Made by a program: the position numbers and the translations under genes. A stretch of 64,000 bases of DNA. Origin: Nitrosopumilaceae archaeon. GTDB lineage: Archaea; Thermoproteota; Nitrososphaeria; Nitrososphaerales; Nitrosopumilaceae. Where the stretch lies: positions 224,001 through 288,000 of the forward strand of contig OZ242365.1 in the NCBI GenBank assembly GCA_965208905.1. The letters are read 5' to 3'. Under the pieces are notes generated by a model. The model was given only the letters and a program-made list of their open reading frames with translations. It did no database searches and was not told the origin of the DNA. Shown piece by piece: positions 49,208 through 60,723 of the stretch. Within the stretch, counting starts at the first letter, position 1; every line of letters begins with the position of its first letter.

Positions 49208-51889
49208 ATGACCGAGCAAATAAAGAGAGATAGTCTGCAAGCACTGTTTGCCGACATGGGTTTTAGTTCACTGACCAATATACAACAGAGGGCATCTCCT
49301 GCAATACTACAGAAACACGACTGTCTGGTTATAGCTCCGACCGGCTCAGGCAAGACCGAGTGTGCCGTCATTCCTGCATTTCATATAATGGGAAGGGGGA
49401 AAGGGGAAGGGATACGTTGCCTATACATAACCCCATTAAGGGCGCTAAATCGTGATGTCTTTCGTCGTATTGAACACTACGCAAAAAGAAACGGCCTGAC
49501 CGTTCAGGTACGACATGGAGACACCACGGCCACCATGAGAAGACGCATAGCCGACTCTCCTCCAGACATACTGATCTCAACACCTGAGACAGCGGTGGTA
49601 TTATTATCCCAAGAGAAGATGTTAAAGGCCCTATCCCATCTACAGTGGGTTATAGTAGATGAGGTTCACGAGGTACTATCCAATGAGAGAGGCTCACAAC
49701 TCAGTATTACAATGGAGAGGCTGCAGATGAATTCAACGTATACACTAACAAGAGTAGGCCTCTCGGCAACGGTGGGAAACCCACAGTTGGCAGCAAAGTT
49801 TCTGGTTGGAACAAAACGGAGATGCCGCATTAAACATGACAGGACATTAAGAAGATATGATGTGGATGTGCGTTTAGAGAGGGGGGGCATCTCAGGGGTT
49901 GCAGATGTCATAGCGACATATGTAAAAGAGCACAAGACAGACTCACCCACACTACTATTCACCAATACTCGAAGTGAAGCAGAGATGCTAGCATCCATAC
50001 TAAAGAGTAAAGTGGCCATACCAGTGGAGATGCATCATGGTTCGCTCTCAAAGCAAGTAAGAGAAGAGACCGAACAAATATTGCGTGAGGATCAAAAAGG
50101 ATTGGTGGTATGTACCTCGTCTCTGGAGCTGGGTATAGATGTGGGAACTGTTGATACGGTCATACATTATGGCTCACCCCATCAAGTGTCAAAGTTACTG
50201 CAACGTATAGGCAGAAGTCGCCACAAAAGCGGCAGATCAGCCTCAGGTTTGATAGTTACAAGTCGTCATGACGACTACATCGAGGTGGCAGCCATACTAG
50301 ATAGAGTCAAACGACGCAGTATAGAGCAGTACATACACAACTCTCCTTTAGATGTATTGGCACACCATATGGTGGGATTGCTATACCAGTGTGGTACTGT
50401 AAGTGTACAGGATGTCTTGTTGATGGCAAGTGCGGCATTTCCATTCCGCTCAGTGAGTATATCAGATATACATAATACACTACTATTATTGGAAGAGAAC
50501 CGTGTAGTGAAGTTTGATCAGGAAAGTGTGACATACTCGGCGGGTAGTCGCACATTCTGGTATCACTTAGAGAATCTATCCACAATTCCAGACATACTTA
50601 AATTTCAAGTATTTGATAGTGTGGGTAAAAAAATAATCGGCAGTCTGGACCAACGATTTGTGGGGGATAATGAGGTTGGTGATCTCTTTGTGCTAAAAGG
50701 TTCTCAATGGAAGATCTTGGCTGTGGATGAAAAGTCATTCCGGGTCAATGTAGAACCACATAGAAGAGGTACCACCATACCGCGTTGGGAGGGTGAGAGC
50801 ATACCTGTAGAGAGGGAGACTGCGCAGACTGTTGGCATGTTGCGCCAGAGTGACTCAGGAGACATGAAAGAATCGATACCATACCACAAAACCATACTAG
50901 TCGAGTCGAACAGGCATAAGGGCACGCTGGTACTTCACGCGTGCTTGGGGACTAGAATAAACCTGACATTAGCCTCCATACTATCTGCAATACTCTCATC
51001 ATCTATAACAGGTACAGTTCAGGTTCGTTCGGATGCATACAGGATAATGTTGACCTCTGCTCATCATATAACCGAACATCAAGTAATGGACATACTGCAG
51101 TCCGAGTATGACATACTTGATACTGTTACTGCATCGGTGGTCGGCAAGCACAATATCAACTGGCGCATATGGAATACCGCCAGAAAGTTTGGCGTTATAC
51201 GAAAAGGTATTGTGTATGATCAACGGCGAGCGCGCTACCTATACAAAAGATATCGTAACACGCCCTTGGTAACAGAAGCCTTGCGGGAGCTCTTTCATGA
51301 AAAATACGATATTTCAGGAACAAAACAGATAATGAGACAGATACGGGATGGCACCATAGCGATAATCTGGGAAGATGTTGAAGAGTTCACGGATCTGGCC
51401 ATGCCAATACTGGATTATTCAGCATTGCACTACTCGGATGCGGCCAAGATAGACCCTGAACTATTAGATATAGTCAAAAGTAGACTATACAAGACTAAAC
51501 ATAGGCTGATATGTGCTCGGTGCGGTACATGGGAACGTGTAATGGAGACATCACAGATAACCAAGATGCCTCATTGTCCGTACTGCAGAGGCAGGCAGAT
51601 AACCACCACATTCTACTCTGACTATGAACTAACCAAGATAATATCAAAGAAATACAGTGGTAAAAGACTCACAAAAGAGGAAGCACACAGATACAAAAGG
51701 GCGTGGAAGGTAGCATCTCTAGTGGAGACCTTTGGGGTTACTGCCATTATAGTACTATCAGGGTATGGTGTGGGCGCGGACACTGGTGCGCGCATACTGC
51801 GCAACATGGTGGATGAAGAGCACATGTTTCGACAGATATACGATGCCGAGCGGCAGTATACAATGACTAGAGGGTTTTGGGATCAGTAG
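49208..51889 (+). CDS. lhr: Lhr-like DEAD/H helicase
   Basis: APTGSGKTE, PLRALNRD, DEVH, LSAT, SSLELGID, QRIGRS, C-terminal Zn finger. Confidence 0.92.
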   Translation: MTEQIKRDSLQALFADMGFSSLTNIQQRASPAILQKHDCLVIAPTGSGKTECAVIPAFHIMGRGKGEGIRCLYITPLRALNRDVFRRIEHYAKRNGLTVQVRHGDTTATMRRRIADSPPDILISTPETAVVLLSQEKMLKALSHLQWVIVDEVHEVLSNERGSQLSITMERLQMNSTYTLTRVGLSATVGNPQLAAKFLVGTKRRCRIKHDRTLRRYDVDVRLERGGISGVADVIATYVKEHKTDSPTLLFTNTRSEAEMLASILKSKVAIPVEMHHGSLSKQVREETEQILREDQKGLVVCTSSLELGIDVGTVDTVIHYGSPHQVSKLLQRIGRSRHKSGRSASGLIVTSRHDDYIEVAAILDRVKRRSIEQYIHNSPLDVLAHHMVGLLYQCGTVSVQDVLLMASAAFPFRSVSISDIHNTLLLLEENRVVKFDQESVTYSAGSRTFWYHLENLSTIPDILKFQVFDSVGKKIIGSLDQRFVGDNEVGDLFVLKGSQWKILAVDEKSFRVNVEPHRRGTTIPRWEGESIPVERETAQTVGMLRQSDSGDMKESIPYHKTILVESNRHKGTLVLHACLGTRINLTLASILSAILSSSITGTVQVRSDAYRIMLTSAHHITEHQVMDILQSEYDILDTVTASVVGKHNINWRIWNTARKFGVIRKGIVYDQRRARYLYKRYRNTPLVTEALRELFHEKYDISGTKQIMRQIRDGTIAIIWEDVEEFTDLAMPILDYSALHYSDAAKIDPELLDIVKSRLYKTKHRLICARCGTWERVMETSQITKMPHCPYCRGRQITTTFYSDYELTKIISKKYSGKRLTKEEAHRYKRAWKVASLVETFGVTAIIVLSGYGVGADTGARILRNMVDEEHMFRQIYDAERQYTMTRGFWDQ

Positions 51890-53276
51890 CCGCGGTTATT
51901 ACAGAGAATGCGGTAAGTACTAAATCTACGCGACCATCCATACCATGTCTGGCGTTTATGCCGGTTATAGACAGTCTATCGCCCTGCTTAAAATCTGCAG
52001 CCAAGAGGGCCTGATTGCGCCATCCTTTGACCCACATCTCTTTGGAGTCATCGCCCACATACATCTCCAAGAGTTGTATAGACTCGCCGCTACGGGTCTG
52101 CACATCACGCACCACCGGGTTTTGTAGTACTATAACCTCTATGCAATAGTCTTCACCAGGCTCGGCATCACCAATCCGGGTTCGTATGGCCTCTTTTGTT
52201 GGTATACTAAAGTCATCCTCCATGTTACGAATGTATGCATCCTCTTCCAGAGTGATGGATTTACCATATGCTTTTGTGGGCTGACATTCTATGACATCAT
52301 TCTCGCGGCATTTTATGGAGTGATTTGCCTGATCCATCAAAAAGTAGAGTATCTTGGCAGAGTCTACACATAACAAAAGATTGTTGCTTCGTTCGTTGGC
52401 AGATATTGAAATTATACGTAATGTTAGTGGGTCTTTAAGATCTCCATCTATCAATATCTGAGTTGAGTCGTTTCCATGTATCTCTAAATCCTGTTGTCCT
52501 TGTTTTCCCCGTACCCCTAAAAGTTTCACTTTGGCTTTAGGTTTTATCATCTTCGGCATTGCAGAATCATCCAAGCCCCAAAGGACCACCCTGTAGCTTG
52601 TGCCATTCTCTCCACGAATCCGCATTCTTAGTGCCGTGCTAGGCATACCCCGACTATTGGTAAAGTTCATGGTACTCACCATGCCGTCCAACTCCCCAGC
52701 TACTATGGCATCACGATCCGCCTCGGTTATATCAATCGGATCTACAGCCATGTCGTCTATGCCGGGTATATCAGGTAGATCATCTACAGTCTCAATCTGG
52801 CCGCCATCTCCCAAGTTTATATTCAATCCGCCATTATTATCACTCCTTACATAGCCACCAGATATGCGAATGGCATCTCCAGGTTTGAGACCATCTAGTA
52901 CAGCCAAGGACGCCACAGCATCCCACATCTTAACTGGACATCTTGTGTTCTCATCATAGACGGTCATGGTACGCAAGGCCAATGGTGAGTTATCCTTGCG
53001 TGTGAGATTTTTTGTTTTGGATACGCCCATTACACGGACCTCCACCTGTATATCCTTGGCTCCCGAATAGATATCCTTAAGTTTCATCTGTGAATCCAAT
53101 GGTTCAGAGAGTTGTACGCCAGCATCGGACGCCACCAGAAACAAGGCGCCCTGATCAGTAAGATAGCCAGCACCAATGTGTCGTTTTTTTATCTCTATCT
53201 GGTGAAGTATATCATCACGAGTAAGATTTGAATTTGATTCCAAAAGCTTGCTCATCAAGACTTCAAAGTCATCCAT
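51867..53276 (-). CDS. rpa: replication protein A (multi-OB ssDNA-binding protein)
   Basis: GYLTDQGALFL N-terminus followed by repeated OB folds. Confidence 0.8.
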   Translation of the reverse strand: MDDFEVLMSKLLESNSNLTRDDILHQIEIKKRHIGAGYLTDQGALFLVASDAGVQLSEPLDSQMKLKDIYSGAKDIQVEVRVMGVSKTKNLTRKDNSPLALRTMTVYDENTRCPVKMWDAVASLAVLDGLKPGDAIRISGGYVRSDNNGGLNINLGDGGQIETVDDLPDIPGIDDMAVDPIDITEADRDAIVAGELDGMVSTMNFTNSRGMPSTALRMRIRGENGTSYRVVLWGLDDSAMPKMIKPKAKVKLLGVRGKQGQQDLEIHGNDSTQILIDGDLKDPLTLRIISISANERSNNLLLCVDSAKILYFLMDQANHSIKCRENDVIECQPTKAYGKSITLEEDAYIRNMEDDFSIPTKEAIRTRIGDAEPGEDYCIEVIVLQNPVVRDVQTRSGESIQLLEMYVGDDSKEMWVKGWRNQALLAADFKQGDRLSITGINARHGMDGRVDLVLTAFSVITAATDPKTL

Positions 53277-53557
53277 ATGAGATTTGATATTTTTAGTATA
53301 ATTAAGACTTGCTAAAATTATGTCCTCCAGAAACACCTGTGTGTCTATATAATGATATATGATTGAAAAAGTCTGCGATTATGTCTCCGGTATGGGAGTG
53401 ACATCATGTATTTTAGCTGCATCTATGGCATCTATGTTATGTAGAGATTTTGATTATACTTTAAAGATCGTATGTTGACAATCCCATATACACTAGTAAA
53501 CATTCTGTACAACATAGTGATTAGTTAAATTGGTGAAATATTTTGTATATAGATATA

Positions 53558-54502
53558 ATGAAGAGTATCTCTGCAACCAACCTCTCAAAATCATATGGGG
53601 ATTTGGTTGCAGTAAATGGTATAGACATTCAAGTAGAAGCAGGGCACGCCTTTGGTTTTTTGGGATCTAATGGTGCTGGAAAATCTACAACCATAAAGAT
53701 GCTCACCACACTAATTCAGCCCACCCGAGGCAAATTGGATATTCTAGGAATAGATGCTCTTCGAAATCCTCTAAAGGTTAGAGACAGAATAGGAGTCGTA
53801 CTGCAGCAGCCCAGCTATGAGCCCACTTTAAGTGTAGAAAAGTCACTAACAAAGTATGGTATGATGTGGAATATGTCTTCGGATGAACGGCAAAGACGGG
53901 CAGAGCAACTGTTGCACGACTTTGAACTGACCAATTTAAAAAAGAGAAGAAATGAGGATTTGTCCATAGGGCAACGACGACGTGTGCAAGTTGCTCGTGA
54001 ATTTATGCACGATATGGACCTGCTGTTTTTGGATGAGCCAACCGTGGGATTGGATCCCGCAGCCAGAAAAAGTCTGCTGGACTACCTTAAAGAGAAGGTG
54101 AGGGGTGGCCTGACCATATTTTACACCACACATGTACTCAGTGAGGCCGACTATCTATGTGATGAGATCGCCATTATAAAAGAGGGAGAGATATTGGTGT
54201 CAGATACTCCCTCATCCATCAAAAAAAAGATGAGGCGTAAAAAAATCATAACTCTGCGCACCAACGTCAACGATACGACGGCCAGGGAGGTTCTGACAGG
54301 AATAAACGACTGCACAGTGGAGAGTGGTATGGGAGCACATGTTGTAATTGAGTCCACTGAACCAGAAGAGACACTGCTGAGGGTGTTGAGCCGCTTGCAT
54401 CAAAATAATATAAAAATGCGCGAGATATCTGCTGAGGCAGCGACACTTGAAGATATATTTTTGGAGACTGTAGGTAATGCACCCCATAATTCGACTGATT
54501 AA
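53558..54502 (+). CDS. ABC transporter ATP-binding protein (DrrA-like)
   Basis: GSNGAGKST, LSIGQ, LFLDEPTVGLD. Confidence 0.92.
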   Translation: MKSISATNLSKSYGDLVAVNGIDIQVEAGHAFGFLGSNGAGKSTTIKMLTTLIQPTRGKLDILGIDALRNPLKVRDRIGVVLQQPSYEPTLSVEKSLTKYGMMWNMSSDERQRRAEQLLHDFELTNLKKRRNEDLSIGQRRRVQVAREFMHDMDLLFLDEPTVGLDPAARKSLLDYLKEKVRGGLTIFYTTHVLSEADYLCDEIAIIKEGEILVSDTPSSIKKKMRRKKIITLRTNVNDTTAREVLTGINDCTVESGMGAHVVIESTEPEETLLRVLSRLHQNNIKMREISAEAATLEDIFLETVGNAPHNSTD

Positions 54503-55238
54503 TAGAAATCTGACTGTATCTTTGAATCCTGGATTTCTGCTTTGGCAGGTCATCTTTCCATTGATCTATATATTTATAGCTGGTTTTGCCTACACAACCC
54601 TCATACCTAGTGTGCCGTACGGTGTGGCCACCGTAGGGTATCCAGCATACCTGGCCACAGGCATGATCGGTTTTAACATAATGAATAGTACGCTGGTATC
54701 AGGTCTTTTAATCTGGAATGACCGTCGGCATGGAATGTTTGAGCAGATAATGTCTGGACCCTTTACACGAATGCAGTATGTCATTGCCAACATATGTACA
54801 ATTGGCATAATCGGTATAGTTAGCGCGGTATTAATTATACTGGTGGGATTTCCTGTATTTCAGGAGTCTGTGGAATTTTCCGTATATACAGTGCCAATTT
54901 TAGTTATAGCGTCCATATCAGGATCAGTACTGTTTGGGTCTCTAGCCTCAATTATATCCACAAGAATAAGATCCAGTGAGAGTTTTAATGTCATACTAAA
55001 TACGACGTTTCTTTTTTTGGCTTTTGCCAGTACGGCCTTTTATCCTGCGCAAGGGGCTCCTCCAGAATTGAGTGCAATCTTTTACGCTAGTCCCCTAACA
55101 TATCTAGTGGATAGCATAAGAGCGGGAATATTTGGTGGCATAACGGAGATTATATTAATTGAGATGTCAATTTTGGTGGTTTTAGCGGCAGTATTGTTTA
55201 CGGTAGCAACCAAAATGATGACAAAGTTGAACTTTTAG
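54477..55238 (+). CDS. ABC-2 type permease
   Basis: Six TM helices, PLTY..D..R. Confidence 0.88.
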   Translation: MHPIIRLINRNLTVSLNPGFLLWQVIFPLIYIFIAGFAYTTLIPSVPYGVATVGYPAYLATGMIGFNIMNSTLVSGLLIWNDRRHGMFEQIMSGPFTRMQYVIANICTIGIIGIVSAVLIILVGFPVFQESVEFSVYTVPILVIASISGSVLFGSLASIISTRIRSSESFNVILNTTFLFLAFASTAFYPAQGAPPELSAIFYASPLTYLVDSIRAGIFGGITEIILIEMSILVVLAAVLFTVATKMMTKLNF

Positions 55239-55568
55239 TTGAACCATATGTTTAAAGGTGCACTACAAAGTTTAAATGTATAATTTTTTTATTGTTTTTG
55301 AATATTCAGTATAAATTTGGCCATATTACAGATACAAACTTCAAAAATAGTCTAATATTCGTGTAGAATAGCCACACTATACAATACTTGGGTTTGGCAT
55401 TATGTATGTTAATATTTGACTCTACTGTACACGATATATAATAAAAATACCAGTTGTATATTGCCTAAATGTAGAATTTGATTTGGTTGATTACCAATTT
55501 TATATTTAGTATCTAAAATTATTAATAAATACTACATAATAGAATATTTGCCATACCATACGGTAAAT

Positions 55569-56615
55569 CTAGTCCAGGATGGTGCGTATGTTATCCATCA
55601 ATATGTCGTATGGATCTTGCATTACACATAATATTTGGTGAGCCTTCTTTTGTATAATATGTCTGTCACTTAACATAGCGTGTTTAATTGATTTTATTAT
55701 ATTGTCAGTATGCATTAAAATGCCTAATTCCATCAGGTATCTCTCATTTATGGTTGGTGTTGTATCATGTAATATTGTAGGTATACCCCGCAGGGCTGCC
55801 TCTGCGATCATGGCACCGTTATAGCCAACCATAACGTCACAACGTGAGAAGAGTTTTTGGCTGTCAAATGCTTGATTTAATATTATTACATTATCAAAAG
55901 ATTGTAGTGATTTTATTTGGTTGGCATCCTGCGTTAACACAACTATATTGTATTGAGGGAACTCATTTATGATATCAATTATTGAATTATTATGTATATT
56001 AAGTACTATGGTCTTTTTGTTGGGTTGAAGATTTAGTGATTTAGCACTCCAAAGTGGTGTGGGTCTGTTGTGTACGATTAAATATTCATCAAGGGCAGAA
56101 TATTGCACTATATTATCGGCGGTTATTCCGTATCTGGTAAACTCTGTTACTTGTATATAGCTTGGTGTAAATAATTTTGTAATTAGTGGGATGGATCGTC
56201 GGCATATACTCTCATTATATGGTGTGTTGCTAAATCCCATATGTGGTATGCCCAAACCAAATGACACTCTGGACGCCTCAATGGAGCAGGAGCTGATGAC
56301 GACATCTGGCTTAAACTTCTGTGCTAAACTTGACAGTGCCGCTGCGCGGTCCACCTGTATGGTTAATCTCTGTGACCTGTCTGTGCCGCCAAACTCCCCT
56401 ACCTGTGTGGGGCATAGATTACGAATACTACATAACTCTGCCACCATCGGACTGCTCCCGGTTGTAAACAGTACATCATGATTGATACTAATCCGTTCCA
56501 TTATAGACTCAAAAAAGAGCAACTCTTTTGGTGTTGTGACATCAAACCATATCTTTAATCTGTAACTCTCTGGGGCGGTATTTGGTATCATCTGTCTTAC
56601 GGTGAATTTCTCCAT
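55569..56615 (-). CDS. DUF354 / GT-B-fold protein
   Basis: KIWFD..TPK, SFGLGIP, EAAL.G.PTI; start uncertain. Confidence 0.75.
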   Translation of the reverse strand: MEKFTVRQMIPNTAPESYRLKIWFDVTTPKELLFFESIMERISINHDVLFTTGSSPMVAELCSIRNLCPTQVGEFGGTDRSQRLTIQVDRAAALSSLAQKFKPDVVISSCSIEASRVSFGLGIPHMGFSNTPYNESICRRSIPLITKLFTPSYIQVTEFTRYGITADNIVQYSALDEYLIVHNRPTPLWSAKSLNLQPNKKTIVLNIHNNSIIDIINEFPQYNIVVLTQDANQIKSLQSFDNVIILNQAFDSQKLFSRCDVMVGYNGAMIAEAALRGIPTILHDTTPTINERYLMELGILMHTDNIIKSIKHAMLSDRHIIQKKAHQILCVMQDPYDILMDNIRTILD

Positions 56616-56648
56616 ATATGCTTGTTTTTTATATATAATGAAATTATA

Positions 56649-56721
56649 TAGCCCGGCCCAGATTCGAACTGGGGCCAAGGGCTCCAAAGGCCCCTATGCT
56701 TGACCTCTACACTACCGGGCT
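56649..56721 (-). tRNA. tRNA-Gln(TTG)
   Basis: AGCCCGG/CCGGGCT acceptor stem, CTTTGGA anticodon loop, TTCGAAT T-loop. Confidence 0.92.
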
Positions 56722-57225
56722 GCCACACTGTGGTTCATCCACCATTGGACTCGCCACATTAGCAGTATCTGCAATATGATATTTGGTGTTATTTGTGTTT
56801 GTTTATCTGGTTATCTATTCAACAAGCATCTTGCATATTCTGTTGCGCATATGATTGAAGATTACCAAGTTACACACCATAATATTATCACAAATCTACG
56901 TAGATTAGTTTCTTGCTCAAAGTGGATGATGCTCATAATTATACCATATGAATGATATCATGGGAGCCCACCGCAAGATCCTATAATACTTGTCTTGTTC
57001 ACTCTTGCCCTGCTCACTTTTGGATGTTATACTCACCAGATGTTTGGCGGCCTTTGTATATGTCCTCATAAATTTCTGTGCCGCTCTGTCTTTTAGAGGC
57101 GTGTAATACACTGATTATCATAGTCGGGACTACAGTTTATCAACCCAACTCTGCTGACCACCGTCCAACTTTGCATGTAAAATCCAATACCATAAGTTTT
57201 TTTGGTCATACAACAATTCAAAGAC

Positions 57226-58323
57226 ATGGATAGTGTGGTTGTATATGGATTCAGCACCGAGGGATACAATCTTGCATCAAAGTTGGTGGAGCGAGGGATA
57301 AAGGTACAGCTTATAGATGAGACTTTAAGCTCGGCGGTCATGCTCAGACCAGAGATAGCAAAGATGTATCCTGATATGGCCACACTAAATGCGGATGAAC
57401 CCTTGATGGATGCGGTACCTGTCAAAACTGCAGTCTCAGAGGCAAAGTGCCTCTTCTTTGCGCCTCGCATTCGTAGAACAGGCAGTGACTGTAAGATGGA
57501 GGTATACTCAAAGTTCAAGGATGCGATAACATATCTGAGTAAGGGTAGCTCATTTGTGTGTAGTATACCAGTTGGTTTGGGAGGAAACATGCAGAACATG
57601 TCCGTACTGAAGCATATAACGGGTATCGAAGCGGGAAAGGGTATATCGTACTATTACTATCCGCTAAACGCCCATCAGCACACAAGTATAGTTGGAACCA
57701 TCCGGGGAAATGAAAATACTGAATTAGTGAATATATTAGATGAAGATTTGCTATTTATTCCCATGTCAATGGCAGAAAGAGAGCATGCGATTAATATACT
57801 CTCAAAATTTGGCAATACCATTAGTAAGATAGAGATGTATAGATATGGGGCTCACACGTCGGATATTCTGCCATATACCAGTGAGACATTCTTGGATGAT
57901 ATGGTGGATGGTCTTCTGGACTTGCAGTTAATCAAGGACTCTAAAGATAATGTAACACACGTATCATATCTTATAAAGGGAGGAATTCGGGCCATAGAGA
58001 CATATATAAAAAAAATGATTGAGAGTATCAAAAATATAGCCCGGGAGAGAGGACTTCGAATGAGTCGTACCGACGTTATAATATCCTGGCAGATAGACAG
58101 ATACGGTATCCGGGGAGACCGACTAGAAGTGCTACAAACCCTCATGACAAAACTTCAAGACTACACCAGCAGGGTAGAACAGTGCAATACATTAGAGAAC
58201 TTTTATGTCAATCGAACAACACTGGTGATAGCCTGCTCAAAATCCAACTACGAGGAAGCAAAAGCGCGCCAGGATGATATGGAGTCAATAATAATAAAGG
58301 CAACACCCACAGTCTCGGTTTGA
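57226..58323 (+). CDS. divergent nucleotide-sugar dehydrogenase-like protein
   Basis: Rossmann-like VVVYG..EGY start; long clean ORF; catalytic motifs not recognisable. Confidence 0.55.
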   Translation: MDSVVVYGFSTEGYNLASKLVERGIKVQLIDETLSSAVMLRPEIAKMYPDMATLNADEPLMDAVPVKTAVSEAKCLFFAPRIRRTGSDCKMEVYSKFKDAITYLSKGSSFVCSIPVGLGGNMQNMSVLKHITGIEAGKGISYYYYPLNAHQHTSIVGTIRGNENTELVNILDEDLLFIPMSMAEREHAINILSKFGNTISKIEMYRYGAHTSDILPYTSETFLDDMVDGLLDLQLIKDSKDNVTHVSYLIKGGIRAIETYIKKMIESIKNIARERGLRMSRTDVIISWQIDRYGIRGDRLEVLQTLMTKLQDYTSRVEQCNTLENFYVNRTTLVIACSKSNYEEAKARQDDMESIIIKATPTVSV

Positions 58324-58357
58324 GATCTATAAATTAGCATTTAATTACAATACAGCA

Positions 58358-58861
58358 ATGTCTCAAGAAGTAGATGGTGTTCCCGATGAGACAACAACTA
58401 ATAGCGAGCCTCCAGAATCTGAAACAGAAGAGTCCAAATGCGCAGAGTTTGAGGAAAAGTACAAACGGGCGCTCGCAGATTATATAAATCTGGAGAGAAG
58501 AACCGAGGCAACCATTCGTGATGGTATAAACCAAAAGGTAGATGCAATTATGAGAGATTTTTTGAGTATATACGATGACTTTGAACGTGCCCGGGATGCC
58601 TACAAAGCGCAGAATATAGATACAGAAGGTCTGGACTCTGTACTCAAGAACGCCACTACAATGTTGACAAAGAACAACGTTACTCCTATGAATGCGGTGG
58701 GGGCGATACTAGATACAAATTTGCATGAGCCCATGCGCATGGTAGAGAATTCGGATTATGAGGAGAATACAGTGATAAACGAGTTAAGAAAAGGATATAT
58801 TATCAATGATAGAGTTTTAAGAACAGCTTTGGTAGAGGTATCAACGAAAGGTGAGCAGTAA
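58358..58861 (+). CDS. grpE: nucleotide exchange factor GrpE
   Basis: RALADY.N, D.NLHE, KGY....VLR.A.V.V. Confidence 0.92.
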   Translation: MSQEVDGVPDETTTNSEPPESETEESKCAEFEEKYKRALADYINLERRTEATIRDGINQKVDAIMRDFLSIYDDFERARDAYKAQNIDTEGLDSVLKNATTMLTKNNVTPMNAVGAILDTNLHEPMRMVENSDYEENTVINELRKGYIINDRVLRTALVEVSTKGEQ

Positions 58862-60700
58862 TTGGTAAAAGTGATAGGAATAGATTTAGGAACAAGTAAT
58901 TCAGCGGCAGCAGTTATGACTGCTGGCAAGCCAACCATAATACCTGCGGCCGAGGGGGCCTCGGTGGGAGGCAAGGCATTTCCCTCGATAGTTGCATTCT
59001 CCAATGATGGTCAACTATTAGTCGGGGAACCTGCCAGGAGACAGGCAGTGACTAATCCAAATAATACCATCACGGCTGCCAAACGAAAGATGGGTACAGA
59101 GCATAAATTCATAATACAAGGCAAGGACTACAAGCCTCAACAGATATCCTCATTCATACTCCAAAAGATAAAGAGGGATGCAGAAGCGTTCACCGGAGAC
59201 ACTGTAGAGAAGGCAGTCATCACAGTTCCCGCATACTTTAATGACAACCAGAGGCAGGCTACCAAAGATGCCGGGACGATAGCTGGGCTTGATGTGGTAC
59301 GCATAATAAATGAGCCAACTGCAGCATCCTTGGCATTCGGGTTAGACAAAGCCGCTCAGGATTTGAAGATATTGGTATTTGACTTTGGTGGCGGTACGCT
59401 GGACGTCACGATAATGGAGATGGGTGGCGGCGTCTTTGAGGTCATGAGCACATCAGGAGATACACATCTTGGTGGCACTGACATGGATAAAGCCATAGAA
59501 GAGTATGTGTTAGATGAATTCCGCAGAAAAGAGGGGATAGATTTGTCAGAGGATGCTACAGCAATGACCCGTGTTCGGGAGGCAGTAGAGAAAGCAAAGA
59601 TAGAGTTGTCAAATATCATGGAGACAAACATCAACCTGCCGTTTATAGCCATGCATGAAAACAGTGCAAAGAATCTAGACGTACGTCTCACACGAGCCAA
59701 ACTAGAAGAGTTGGTCCGCCCCATAGTCGAGAGGTGTAAGACATCATTGGACAATGCAATAAGCGATGCAGATATCACTTTTGGTGACATAGGGCGCGTC
59801 GTTCTTGTGGGCGGCCCTACTCGCATGCCTGTGGTAAAAGAGTTTGTAGAGAGGGTTGTGGGAAGAGCACCTGAGGCGGGCGTAGATCCCATGGAGGCAG
59901 TTGCCATGGGTGCTGCCATACAGGCAGGTATAATCGCCGGTGATGTTCAAACTGATATAGTACTGTTAGATGTCACGCCGCTGACTCTGGGAATTGAGAC
60001 TTTGGGCGGAGTTCGCGAACCACTCATAGAAAGAAACACTACAATTCCCACATCCAAATCCAAGGTATTCACCACAGCGGCAGATAATCAAACCTCGGTT
60101 ACTATACATGTGGTTCAAGGGGAGAGGCCGATGGCAGCAGATAATGTATCGCTGGGCAGTTTCAGCCTGTCAGAGTTACCTCCGGCACCCCGAGGCGTGC
60201 CCCAAATTGAGGTAAAATTCGACATAGACACCAACGGAATAATAAATGTCACCGCCAAAGATTTGGGCACACAGAAGGAGGCAAAGATCACAATAGAGTC
60301 CAGTTCAAAGATGAACAAGGATGAGATAGAAAAATTGCGGGAGGATGCGGAACAGCACGCCAAAGACGACGAGGAGAAGTTAGAGAAGATAACACTGCGC
60401 AATGAGGCTGAAAGTTACATCTATACGGCTGAAAAGCTGATCACCCAAGATCTCAAAGACAAGATAAGTCAGGAGGATGGCATAAAGATAACTGATGCCA
60501 TCAAAGAGACTCGTGAGGTGTTAGACAAAGATGCAGAAGAACTAAAGGCAAAGTTGGATGCTCTAAAGGCTTTAGTAAATGAAGTTAGTACTCAAGCATA
60601 CCAAAAGGCCCAGCAAGCTAACGAAGCGCAGACTGGCCCGCAAGAGCCCTCTGACGAGCAGGCGCAGACCAATACTGATGAGAATGCTAAAACAAATTAA
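58862..60700 (+). CDS. dnaK: chaperone DnaK
   Basis: [23 protein letters not shown]; TTG start. Confidence 0.97.
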   Translation: MVKVIGIDLGTSNSAAAVMTAGKPTIIPAAEGASVGGKAFPSIVAFSNDGQLLVGEPARRQAVTNPNNTITAAKRKMGTEHKFIIQGKDYKPQQISSFILQKIKRDAEAFTGDTVEKAVITVPAYFNDNQRQATKDAGTIAGLDVVRIINEPTAASLAFGLDKAAQDLKILVFDFGGGTLDVTIMEMGGGVFEVMSTSGDTHLGGTDMDKAIEEYVLDEFRRKEGIDLSEDATAMTRVREAVEKAKIELSNIMETNINLPFIAMHENSAKNLDVRLTRAKLEELVRPIVERCKTSLDNAISDADITFGDIGRVVLVGGPTRMPVVKEFVERVVGRAPEAGVDPMEAVAMGAAIQAGIIAGDVQTDIVLLDVTPLTLGIETLGGVREPLIERNTTIPTSKSKVFTTAADNQTSVTIHVVQGERPMAADNVSLGSFSLSELPPAPRGVPQIEVKFDIDTNGIINVTAKDLGTQKEAKITIESSSKMNKDEIEKLREDAEQHAKDDEEKLEKITLRNEAESYIYTAEKLITQDLKDKISQEDGIKITDAIKETREVLDKDAEELKAKLDALKALVNEVSTQAYQKAQQANEAQTGPQEPSDEQAQTNTDENAKTN

Positions 60701-60723
60701 CGCGTCTGTGGGAACGAGTTGTA

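Noticed and set aside
56730-57140. Possible highly decayed tnpB next to tRNA-Gln (AAGAAACTAAT...TGTGATA similar to tnpB-2)
   Set aside because: Matches are too short and no ends are identifiable.
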